IMG/VR virus record: IMGVR_UViG_3300008108_000027
DNA: 64,000 bases
Direction: 5' to 3' (one strand)
From: an uncultured virus (IMG/VR IMGVR_UViG_3300008108_000027)
Taxonomy: Duplodnaviria > Heunggongvirae > Uroviricota > Caudoviricetes
Each line of letters begins with the position of its first letter. Position 1 is the stretch's first letter. The translations under genes were made by a program, and so were the position numbers. The notes beneath the pieces were generated by a model. It searched no databases, was not told the DNA's origin, and worked only from the letters and a program-made list of their open reading frames with translations. Of the stretch, positions 39,282-47,755 are shown piece after piece.

Positions 39282-39347
39282 AGTAATGGTATACGTTTTA
39301 CGTTATAAAATATAAACAAAAAAAATGAAAATGGGAAATTATTTCAG

Positions 39348-39977
39348 TTATTTTTTTAACTTAATCTTCCAATAAATTCCCGCCTGTATAGATGTGGTAA
39401 AGTTATTATTTAACCCGATACCCAAACTATACATGTGATCTGTTTTGGTTTTCAACACTAAGGTAGGTCCAAAATAATTAAAACCAACTCTTCTATCTGC
39501 CCCGATCTGACCACCAACATAAAGTTGAGGTTTTGGTAACTCTTTTACAATGATACTATCACGTACATGAACCTGATTTATGTTAGACTTAAAAGTCCTA
39601 GAAACAATTTTATTTTTCTGTATTGTATCAGTAATTTGAACTGTTCCCAAACTATCTTCAAGTTTAATAGTATCTTTATAAATGTATTTAGCGAAGTAAT
39701 CTTTTAAAATTTCTCCAGTATCAACATTACTAGGTACGTCAACATAAATTGGTTTTTCAACATATATTGTTTCACCTTGTTTATATATTGTCTGTGTTTT
39801 TGTTATATACTGTGTGTCCCTTATTCTTTTAATGACCTCATACTTTTTACCATCTACTTTTATTATTTCACCGGGTTTTGGTTGAGGTTTGGGTGTACAC
39901 ATCTTCAACAATAATATAACAATAATTAAAACCGCAATTAGTAATGTCTTAAAATCTAATTTTAATAAATTTCTCAT
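39348..39977 (-). CDS. Membrane-anchored or lipoprotein with C-terminal amphipathic beta strands (Bacteroidota-phage type)
   Basis: TM then KMC; IRDTQY/YKDTI/ITDTI repeats; ends SIQAGIYWKI. Confidence 0.6.
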   Translation of the reverse strand: MRNLLKLDFKTLLIAVLIIVILLLKMCTPKPQPKPGEIIKVDGKKYEVIKRIRDTQYITKTQTIYKQGETIYVEKPIYVDVPSNVDTGEILKDYFAKYIYKDTIKLEDSLGTVQITDTIQKNKIVSRTFKSNINQVHVRDSIIVKELPKPQLYVGGQIGADRRVGFNYFGPTLVLKTKTDHMYSLGIGLNNNFTTSIQAGIYWKIKLKK

Positions 39978-40012
39978 GTTTTTTTATAAATAAATACACA
40001 AAAATGAGATTT

Positions 40013-40687
40013 TTACTTTTTCTTTTTGACGATTTCATCAATGATACCATACTCCAAAGCCTCTTCTGAAGACAACCACAAATCCCTTATTGTGTCAGTT
40101 TTTATCTGATCTGCAGTCTTTCCACAATATTCCCCAAGTAATTCAAACAATTTATCATTTAATCTCTTCCATTGTTTCATGTCTATCTCAGCATCTTGAA
40201 TATTACCTCTGAAACCACCACTAGATTGGTGTAACATTGTTTCGGAGTTCTCCAAAGAACCTCTTTTCCCTTTGGTTCCCGCCCCTAATAATACTGACCC
40301 CATTGATGCGGCCATTCCCGTATTAATAGTTCTAATGTCGGACTTAATATAATTCATAACATCAACCATTGATAACCCAGATTTAACACTACCACCTGGA
40401 CTATCAATATGCATGGTTATGTCATTATAATCTATACTATCCAAAAACATAAGTTGTGCTTGGACAATTGTGGACATGTGATCATTTACCTCACCAGCAA
40501 CCCATATGATACGTTCCATCATTAATCTTGAAAAGACATCCATTGCGGTAACATTCATTTGTCTTTCCTCGAGAATGTAGGGGGTTAAACTATTTTCTAT
40601 TCTTTTGTTATAGTAGTCCATTTTTAATGAACCGATACCGTGATCTTTGGCAAATAAACCGAAATTTTTTAAGTCTTTTGGTGTCAT
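40013..40687 (-). CDS. clpP: ATP-dependent Clp protease proteolytic subunit
   Basis: DVFSRL, SPGGSV, GMAASMGS (Ser), MLHQ (His), RDLWLS..EALEYGIID. Confidence 0.96.
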   Translation of the reverse strand: MTPKDLKNFGLFAKDHGIGSLKMDYYNKRIENSLTPYILEERQMNVTAMDVFSRLMMERIIWVAGEVNDHMSTIVQAQLMFLDSIDYNDITMHIDSPGGSVKSGLSMVDVMNYIKSDIRTINTGMAASMGSVLLGAGTKGKRGSLENSETMLHQSSGGFRGNIQDAEIDMKQWKRLNDKLFELLGEYCGKTADQIKTDTIRDLWLSSEEALEYGIIDEIVKKKK

Positions 40688-40700
40688 ATTTTATTTTTTT

Positions 40701-40708
40701 CAAAATTA
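40701..40708 (-). promoter_or_regulatory. Bacteroidota-type -7 element
   Basis: TAATTTTG upstream of clpP. Confidence 0.5.
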
Positions 40709-40736
40709 AGTAATAATGTCTAGTATACAAAAAATG

Positions 40737-43076
40737 TTAAGAAATTTTTGTTGTTATGTAATCTATGGAAGAAATGTTTTCATCTTTTTTAATCATAATG
40801 ATGTTATCGGACCAATTTCTAATCAATGGGTTATGTGAGATAACAAATATGTGTTCAAAATAATTTTTAATCTTCTTAAAAAATTCACCAACCATTTCTA
40901 AATTATCGTCAGCAATTTTACCAAATACTTCATCCATCACAACAATATTTGGTTTAGGTAAAGACGATACCTTTGTAAGAACACTCCTAATTGCAAGTGA
41001 TGATATTGTTTTTTCGTAACCAGATCCACTTGATAGAGGTTTAACGACTCTTGTTTCATTATCGATCATTAGGAATTCTAACTCGTTTTTATCGTTAATA
41101 TTCAACTCCAAAGTAAAGTAACAACTATCTGACAATAACCTATGTAATTCCTGATTCAATAATGGTATCATATTTTTTATGATAACTTTTGATATACCGT
41201 TTTTACCATATATTGTTAAGTAAGTTTTAAAGACAGATATCAATTCTTCTTCTGATTTAATTTTTTTAATTAAATCATCATTAATTGTTATCTTCTCTTC
41301 TAAATTCTTAATGTTGTTTCCATGTCTTTCAATACTTGTGGTGATTTGTCTTATTTCACCATTAGTACTTTCGATCTGAGTTCTCAAATTAATAATTTCA
41401 GAATCTATTTTTTTATTTTCCTCAAGTTTACTTTTATTGCTTTCGTATACTTCTAATTTTTTTTCTTTTGAATCTATTTCTAATTGTTTCTGTTCACACT
41501 CTAATTCGTATTTGGCCCTACGAAGTTTATTTTTCTCATATTCATCATACTCCGTTTTTAAATTATTAAAAACAGATTCAGATTCCTTCAACCCATTTAA
41601 CTTTTCTTCTGATTTTTTAAGTTCATCTTTTAACTCATTAATCTTTTTCCTTAAATTTTCAATTTCCTCGGTATGGTCAACATCTTCAAGGGGTCTACTA
41701 CATGTTGGACATATAGTTCCTTCTTCAAATTGTTTAATTAATTTTTCATCTTTATCAATTGTACCACCATCTAATTTAATCTTAACGATTAAATCATTTA
41801 TTTCTCTTTTTAATGTTTCATGTTCATCTTCAAGGTAATATTCTGATGGTTCTTTAACATTGACTTCGTCAGCAAGTTTCTGTGTGTTTTGTTTTTTTAA
41901 TTTTAATTCTGAAATTTCTTTAACTAAAGTATCGGGATTTATTTTAATTAATTCTTGATCAACATCATTGTTTCTTCTTTTAAGAACCTCTTCTTTTTGA
42001 TCGTCTAATTTTTTTAATTTCTTATTAGTATTTTTAAGATCCTTTTCCAGTTTATCGATTTCGGAATTTGAAGAGTCAATTTCCTCACGATTTTTTTTAT
42101 TCTTATCTTCTAAATCAACGATATTGTTTGTATTTGATATTAATTTTTTAGACCAATCATTATAAATGTTTTTACATATTTCTTCTTTATGTTTTAAACT
42201 TTCAAGACCTAAAAATTTTGTAAGTATTTGTCCTCTTGCAGTTGGTTTGGATTCAATCAACTCTTCTAAGTTGTTGCCGGTTGTTAATATTGTAGAAAGG
42301 AAGTCCTCTTCAGTACCGATTGCCGAAGTTATAATAATTTCAGTTTCTCTTCTTTGTTCACCAGATAAATTGATAATACTGCCATCCTTTTCTATTTTAG
42401 AAAATTCCAAATCATTTTTTACTGTATATTCACCTGATTTACTTTTCTTTCTTGAAACAATTCTAGAAATTATATAATCTTCTCCGTCAATAGATACGTA
42501 ACCTTTAACATTAACTTCATCAACATCAGTGAATTTATTAAAAATTTCTATATTTGTTTTTGTTTTCGTTGTTGAATTAAAAAATAAGAACATCAATAAG
42601 TCAACTGTTGATGTGGTTTTACCACCAAAGTTTCTCGGTGTAGATTCAATAACAGTAATACCATCAAGATTGTCGAAATCAATAACATTGTCTTGTCCAA
42701 AAGATAGAAAATTTGAAAATTCCAATTTCTTTATATGCCATTTATTATACCTAACTCTGTTTTGATTTAATTTATCAATTTCACCATTAACGCGATCATC
42801 TAATCTATTTATCATCTCCCACTTAATATCTATTTTATTATCTTGAATAAAATCTTTAATTAAGTTTTTTTGATTTTGATAATCCAAAATACTGTCACTA
42901 ACATCTAGTGATTTCAATTTTGTTTTTGAATTATTAGACAGTATCTTAGTTACGATCTTTACGTTTGTTGAGTTGTATTTTTTTTCAAAATACGACTTGA
43001 CTCTCTTTATTCTTTCTTGTGTTAAGTTTTCGGGTGTATCCTCCCATTCAACCTTTATAAAAGGGTTATTCATCAA
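40737..43076 (-). CDS. sbcC: SbcC/Rad50/gp46-like recombination ATPase
   Basis: FSNFLSFG, NFGGKTT Walker A, CPTC zinc hook, SGSGYE signature, VMDEVFG, ISH. Confidence 0.93.
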   Translation of the reverse strand: MMNNPFIKVEWEDTPENLTQERIKRVKSYFEKKYNSTNVKIVTKILSNNSKTKLKSLDVSDSILDYQNQKNLIKDFIQDNKIDIKWEMINRLDDRVNGEIDKLNQNRVRYNKWHIKKLEFSNFLSFGQDNVIDFDNLDGITVIESTPRNFGGKTTSTVDLLMFLFFNSTTKTKTNIEIFNKFTDVDEVNVKGYVSIDGEDYIISRIVSRKKSKSGEYTVKNDLEFSKIEKDGSIINLSGEQRRETEIIITSAIGTEEDFLSTILTTGNNLEELIESKPTARGQILTKFLGLESLKHKEEICKNIYNDWSKKLISNTNNIVDLEDKNKKNREEIDSSNSEIDKLEKDLKNTNKKLKKLDDQKEEVLKRRNNDVDQELIKINPDTLVKEISELKLKKQNTQKLADEVNVKEPSEYYLEDEHETLKREINDLIVKIKLDGGTIDKDEKLIKQFEEGTICPTCSRPLEDVDHTEEIENLRKKINELKDELKKSEEKLNGLKESESVFNNLKTEYDEYEKNKLRRAKYELECEQKQLEIDSKEKKLEVYESNKSKLEENKKIDSEIINLRTQIESTNGEIRQITTSIERHGNNIKNLEEKITINDDLIKKIKSEEELISVFKTYLTIYGKNGISKVIIKNMIPLLNQELHRLLSDSCYFTLELNINDKNELEFLMIDNETRVVKPLSSGSGYEKTISSLAIRSVLTKVSSLPKPNIVVMDEVFGKIADDNLEMVGEFFKKIKNYFEHIFVISHNPLIRNWSDNIIMIKKDENISSIDYITTKIS

Positions 43077-43092
43077 TAAATTGTTATTAATT

Positions 43093-43100
43093 CAAAAATA
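43093..43100 (-). promoter_or_regulatory. Bacteroidota-type -7 element
   Basis: TATTTTTG upstream of sbcC. Confidence 0.45.
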
Positions 43101-43125
43101 GTAATATTATAAGTCTTTCTAAAAA

Positions 43126-43638
43126 CTAGTTTTCAACAATATTTAAAACAAACTTACCATCAATCAAATCATATGTTTCCACGTCTTCCCTTCTAAAACT
43201 CATCCAATCTTCCAATAAATTAGTGTTACTTGGGACAAAACTAGTTATTAACAATTTTTTATTATCTCTTACGGTTTCGGGTCTAATTAATATAAATTGT
43301 GTAAAATCCTTATTTGTTCTGATAAATATGTTTTTTTCTGCTCTCGGATTTAGTTTACCTTTATGTTCATCCAACCAGTATTTGTGTTTTCTTATTGGTA
43401 TGTTTATTGTTCTAAATCCTTGACCACTTATTAACGAATAGGAATCGTTATTCCAAAAATTATTTTCCCACTTACCATGTTCTACCTCAATCCCAAAATT
43501 AGGATCGTCGTCACATATTAAATCAATTTTATTATGTTCAGGATTTATGTGTACATTTATGTTAAATGTATCCTTCATCATTTTGATGACAAAATTTTTA
43601 ACTAAACTGTCATCCAAACTTTTTTTAGTGAATCCCAT
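43126..43638 (-). CDS. Putative PD-(D/E)XK-type endonuclease
   Basis: IDLI.....GIEVEH pattern; IPIRKHKY. Confidence 0.5.
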   Translation of the reverse strand: MGFTKKSLDDSLVKNFVIKMMKDTFNINVHINPEHNKIDLICDDDPNFGIEVEHGKWENNFWNNDSYSLISGQGFRTINIPIRKHKYWLDEHKGKLNPRAEKNIFIRTNKDFTQFILIRPETVRDNKKLLITSFVPSNTNLLEDWMSFRREDVETYDLIDGKFVLNIVEN

Positions 43639-43642
43639 CTTA

Positions 43643-43954
43643 TCATTTTGGTCTATTCTCTTCGTAGTATTCTACGATTGAGTTTATAGCCCAAACGGCT
43701 CCTGCGGTAAACATACCGTCAAAAAATATTGATGGTATCCAATGAATTTCAAATAATCTGGTTGTTAGTCCACCTAAACAAAATGACAAGAAAAACCCGA
43801 CCCATGTTGATGTACATAGAGTACAACTAATTAAGTCACCAAAAAAAACAGAATTTCTTTTAATAAATTCTCTTGTAGATTCAAAAATGGATCCCCATAC
43901 CAATATTGATGTCATTCCATATGCCATAAAAATCCAAAAAATTAAATACATCAT
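43643..43954 (-). CDS. DUF1360-like membrane protein
   Basis: FESTRE...LISCTLCTSTWVG plus TM helices. Confidence 0.7.
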   Translation of the reverse strand: MMYLIFWIFMAYGMTSILVWGSIFESTREFIKRNSVFFGDLISCTLCTSTWVGFFLSFCLGGLTTRLFEIHWIPSIFFDGMFTAGAVWAINSIVEYYEENRPK

Positions 43955-44021
43955 AAATTATAATTTTTTTAATCAATAAATTATACACAAAAAAAACGAT
44001 AAAAAAAAGAATATTGCCGGA

Positions 44022-44297
44022 TTATTCGTCATATAAATCTTTAACTTCTTTTTTTATTATTATTGGTTCCACACTTTTTGGTTCGGATGTTAATACTGGT
44101 TCGGATGTTAATACTGGTTTAGTAGTCAATTCTTTATTTAGATGAATTGATTTAGGTAACTCACCGTATTTAACAATTGTAAAACCTTTTTCGAAAACTT
44201 GTTTCGCGAATTTCACCACATCATTAATATTATTCAATTTACAATATTGAATGAATTCATCATCCAATATTAACGTGTTCTTCGGTTTCATTTTCAA
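44022..44297 (-). CDS. Hypothetical protein
   Basis: 91 aa, overlapping the sbcD end. Confidence 0.65.
   Translation of the reverse strand: MKMKPKNTLILDDEFIQYCKLNNINDVVKFAKQVFEKGFTIVKYGELPKSIHLNKELTTKPVLTSEPVLTSEPKSVEPIIIKKEVKDLYDE
44080..44119. repeat. 18-bp tandem duplication (PVLTSE x2)
   Basis: GGTTCGGATGTTAATACT twice plus GGTT. Confidence 0.9.
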
Positions 44298-45078
44298 TAT
44301 CTTTAATGTCTTTTATTTTAAAGTGTAGAAATGGTTGTTCATTTGGTAGATCAAAAAATTCATAATTATCTTCTTCTACATCATATACACCATACCCATG
44401 ATGTTTCACTGTTTCACCAAAATTTTGTTGTATTAAACTACCAACCATTATTGCCTTACCACCATTAGGTAATTTGAATTGTTGTCTTTTATGTATATCT
44501 CCACATAGTAATAAATCAAGATCAACAAAATTTAATCTGTCATATGCATCTTCAAATTCAAACCCCAAATCTGTTGATAACCCCTGTATTGGTCCGTGAA
44601 ATAAACCAACATAAAAATGATCCTTTTCTTTTGTGAATACAGGTCTTTGATTATGTTGATACAAAGAATATACGATCCAACTAACATTATCATCAACGTA
44701 TTCACCACTATCTTTATAATATGTAATCCATTCATTTTTTAATAATTCAACAACCGGTGATATACTATCTAATCGTTGAACGTTGTTTTCCAAGAAGTCG
44801 TGGTTGCCGGGTATAATAACAACTTTACCAAATTTAGTTAATTCATTTAAAAACCAACTCGTTAACATTAATTGTTCATTTGATATGTTAATCTTTTGAT
44901 GTGCAATATCTCCCGTGATAACTATTCTTATATCAGAAGGTCCAATATTATCATCATACCAATCAACAACTTTTTTAGCAAGTTCATCTATCAATATTTC
45001 AAATTGTCTTTTATATAGATCATGTAATTGAAATGTTCTGATATGTAAATCAGAAATATGTATAATCTTCTTTATCAT
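44260..45078 (-). CDS. sbcD: SbcD/Mre11/gp47-like metallophosphoesterase nuclease
   Basis: HISDLH, GDIAH, PGNHD, FHG, GDIHK, GSLIQQNFGE. Confidence 0.92.
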   Translation of the reverse strand: MIKKIIHISDLHIRTFQLHDLYKRQFEILIDELAKKVVDWYDDNIGPSDIRIVITGDIAHQKINISNEQLMLTSWFLNELTKFGKVVIIPGNHDFLENNVQRLDSISPVVELLKNEWITYYKDSGEYVDDNVSWIVYSLYQHNQRPVFTKEKDHFYVGLFHGPIQGLSTDLGFEFEDAYDRLNFVDLDLLLCGDIHKRQQFKLPNGGKAIMVGSLIQQNFGETVKHHGYGVYDVEEDNYEFFDLPNEQPFLHFKIKDIKDIENETEEHVNIG

Positions 45079-45932
45079 CTTTTAATATATTTTGTTAAAT
45101 CCAAATCAAATACTTTTTTATTTACATCTTGTGGTACTTTATATTCAACAAACGTACCATCATCTTTTAATAAAACAACAACACAACCAAGTAATCTTAA
45201 ATTTTCATACTTAGTTCCTTTTAACATTTTAAGGAAAAGTCTGGCATATAATGGTAATTGTAAATAATAATGACCTAACGCCGTATCGTGATAGTCTTGA
45301 AACGGTGAATATAATTTACCCGTATAATGTTGTACTTCAAAATTTTTAGGTTGATTTGTTTTCCAATCGGTAACTACCAACCCATAATCTGTTTTATCTT
45401 TATTTAACATTAACCAAAATTTATCTGGTTGTCCTGTGTAACCTAATTCATTGTCACCTAAAACCATTTCAGTATCTAATAGTATCGCACCTCTTTCGTT
45501 CATTAAATCTAAAAAATTCTTACCTGCCGAAATCATACTATCCCCTTTTTGAATTTGGTTTTCATCACATTCAAATATTGGTTGTCTAACTTCTTTATAG
45601 TTACCGTATCTTTCAACAAGTTCACTTTCTAAAATATAATGAACTCTACTACCCATATTAGTGGAAGTATTACCCGCCTCTCTCCATTGTTCCTGTAATT
45701 TTTTCGCTTCAATCGGATCACCATTACACATTCTTAAAGCGGTTCCTTCGGCATCAAATGGTTTGTAGAATTTTTTAATTAATTTAGATACAGATGGAAA
45801 ATTACTTTTTATTTTACCGTCAGTATCCACCATATAATAAATGTGTTTATCCTCCACAAATGTTAATTGTAGTTCTTTTTGTCTTTTTGAAATAACTTCT
45901 TTTATTTCGTCAGAAATTTGTTTTAAATCCAT
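45075..45932 (-). CDS. PD-(D/E)XK exonuclease
   Basis: PSVS, GSRVH, E......GQPD....DWKT, YYLQLPLY. Confidence 0.85.
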   Translation of the reverse strand: MDLKQISDEIKEVISKRQKELQLTFVEDKHIYYMVDTDGKIKSNFPSVSKLIKKFYKPFDAEGTALRMCNGDPIEAKKLQEQWREAGNTSTNMGSRVHYILESELVERYGNYKEVRQPIFECDENQIQKGDSMISAGKNFLDLMNERGAILLDTEMVLGDNELGYTGQPDKFWLMLNKDKTDYGLVVTDWKTNQPKNFEVQHYTGKLYSPFQDYHDTALGHYYLQLPLYARLFLKMLKGTKYENLRLLGCVVVLLKDDGTFVEYKVPQDVNKKVFDLDLTKYIKR

Positions 45933-45933
45933 T

Positions 45934-46875
45934 TTAATCTAATTGATGTATTTTATAATCGTCTAATTTTCCTTGTAAGTCGGCAATGTCTTTGTCGCCT
46001 TCTAATTTTATAACAAATACTTTACTAAATAATTTACCACAATTTATTCTGTGATAAAGTTTTTCTGTATCTAACCAAGCATCGGGGTCAAGTACTAAAA
46101 TTATTTTTTTTGCCTTTTCATATAATAAATTAAATATTTTTTCACTCATAAATTTACCCAATAACGGAATTGAATTTGGGATAAATATACTATCAAAAAC
46201 TCCTTCAACAATATAAATCGGTTCATCCCATTTTATTAAATGTTCATTCCAAACTATCGTTTCTTTTGGAACATCGGGATTTTTATATTTCAATTTTGTT
46301 TTTGACAAATACGAACGAGCAATAAAATAATTTAGATTTTGTTCCTCATCATATGATGGTATCAATATTCTGTTTTCATAATGACCAGTATAACAAAATC
46401 CAATGTTATACTTTTCAATCATTTCATCTGTTATGTTTCTTTTTTTAAGATAACCCATTGCTTGTTTATAGTGATGAGTTAATTTTAAACCAGATGAAAT
46501 ATTTTTAAATGGTACGAATTCTTTTGGTAATCTTACTTTTTTATATGTTCTATTTTTAAAATCCTCAACTTCTTCTGGTTTTAACAATTGATATTTTTTC
46601 AATTGTTTTGGTGTTCCGAATTTTTTAATAAGTTTATATATTGATCCGTGTGTTTCATGGGTTTCACAACAAACCCAACATTTATAAACTGAATATTTGT
46701 AATTAACCTCTAAGTTACCTTTACCGTCACCAGAATCCAAACCTTTAACATCGTATGAACAAACAGGACAGTCAAAGGACATTTGGTATCTGTAATCATT
46801 GTGTGATCTACATTCACCAAGAATATCTTCTAATATCTCTATTATCGGTTCGTATTGTACTTCTTGTTCGGTCAT
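45934..46875 (-). CDS. dnaG: DNA primase (Zn finger plus TOPRIM)
   Basis: CPVC...CWVC, YL..R.I, RILIP, KYKNP, VEGVFD, LDPDA; likely start ATG 46875 (MTEQEV). Confidence 0.9.
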   Translation of the reverse strand: MTEQEVQYEPIIEILEDILGECRSHNDYRYQMSFDCPVCSYDVKGLDSGDGKGNLEVNYKYSVYKCWVCCETHETHGSIYKLIKKFGTPKQLKKYQLLKPEEVEDFKNRTYKKVRLPKEFVPFKNISSGLKLTHHYKQAMGYLKKRNITDEMIEKYNIGFCYTGHYENRILIPSYDEEQNLNYFIARSYLSKTKLKYKNPDVPKETIVWNEHLIKWDEPIYIVEGVFDSIFIPNSIPLLGKFMSEKIFNLLYEKAKKIILVLDPDAWLDTEKLYHRINCGKLFSKVFVIKLEGDKDIADLQGKLDDYKIHQLD

Positions 46876-46902
46876 TGTCAAATGATAAGAAAAAAAAGTG
46901 AT

Positions 46903-46939
46903 AAAAAAAAATCCCCCGGAGACACCAACTCCGAGGGAT
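46903..46939 (-). terminator. Rho-independent terminator
   Basis: ATCCCTCGGAG-TTGGTGT-CTCCGGGGGAT followed by T8. Confidence 0.85.
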
Positions 46940-46972
46940 ACCAACCAACATGTATTTCTACATGCCCCGTCT
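46903..46972 (-). ncRNA. Candidate small structured RNA (GAAA-tetraloop hairpin plus terminator hairpin)
   Basis: TATTTAT at 46975-46981, CATGTA-GAAA-TACATG, 11-bp GC stem and a U-run; GC-rich island. Confidence 0.55.
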
Positions 46973-47026
46973 ATATAAATATAGTTGAATAATTATAAAA
47001 TGTAAAATTTAAGTTGCCGGATTTTT

Positions 47027-47110
47027 TTAAAAATTTAATATTGCTCTATTAACACCTATTTTCATTGTTAATTCAGTTGGATTATCTGAACTATAATCTA
47101 ATTCACCCAT
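47027..47110 (-). CDS. 27-aa mini-ORF resembling a tail-tube C-terminus (possible remnant)
   Basis: MGELDYSSDNPTELTMKIGVNRAILNF, 1 nt after the RuvC stop. Confidence 0.45.
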   Translation of the reverse strand: MGELDYSSDNPTELTMKIGVNRAILNF

Positions 47111-47111
47111 A

Positions 47112-47717
47112 CTAATTTTTTTCTAATTTAATCATGTTAACATAACCAATAACAGCAGTTGCGGCATCACTCATATCAAAGTTTTCTTTCTTTAATTTGT
47201 TATTTTTATCATATAACCACTTAACATCTGCACAAACCGCATTTACATGTTCCCAAATTACTTGTTTTTTATCAATGTCTTTTGGATAACCACCAAACAA
47301 AACATTTTTACCTTTGTCATTTTTATTAACTAAATCAGGAAATGCAAATTTTCTTGCATTATATGTTGATATAAAGGTGGGCACAATTCCCAAAGTATCA
47401 TAAACTATTTTACAAATCATTGTATTATACCTCAATAAAGTCTGAACGGTATAAATGTTATTTGAATTTAACAATGGTTCTTCGATGATTACACGAAGGA
47501 TACCCATATCTTTATAATTCTCGATATGTTTTTTGAAGGCATCCGCCTTCTTCAATAATTCCTCAAGTTTGTCTTCAGGTTGAGGTTTTATTTTTGGAGA
47601 AAAGTGTGTTAATTCCAATAATTTAGAACCAGTTAAATCAAATAACGCAAATCCAATTGTCTTTGTTGATATATCCAAACCTAATATCTTTGGACTATTC
47701 TTTAATTTTATACTCAT
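47112..47717 (-). CDS. ruvC: RuvC-like Holliday junction resolvase
   Basis: ILGLDISTKTIG, IIEEP, DKK, FDMSDA. Confidence 0.8.
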   Translation of the reverse strand: MSIKLKNSPKILGLDISTKTIGFALFDLTGSKLLELTHFSPKIKPQPEDKLEELLKKADAFKKHIENYKDMGILRVIIEEPLLNSNNIYTVQTLLRYNTMICKIVYDTLGIVPTFISTYNARKFAFPDLVNKNDKGKNVLFGGYPKDIDKKQVIWEHVNAVCADVKWLYDKNNKLKKENFDMSDAATAVIGYVNMIKLEKN

Positions 47718-47755
47718 AAAAGAATATATACGTGATATTTTTAAAAATGTAAAGT

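Noticed and set aside
45075..45932. Cas4 as part of a CRISPR adaptation module
   Set aside because: It lacks the four-Cys Fe-S motif and sits between primase and sbcD, typical of a phage exonuclease.
46876..46944. Track N-terminal extension of primase (MVSLGVGVSGGFFF...)
   Set aside because: It runs through the terminator hairpin and U-tract; ATG 46875 is the plausible start.
47112..47717. RuvC-like gene plus nearby small RNA as a TnpB/Cas12-type RNA-guided system
   Set aside because: It is a 201-aa stand-alone resolvase in a replication cluster, with no WED/REC or zinc-finger domains and no repeat-spacer array or transposon ends. No link to the RNA is supported beyond proximity.
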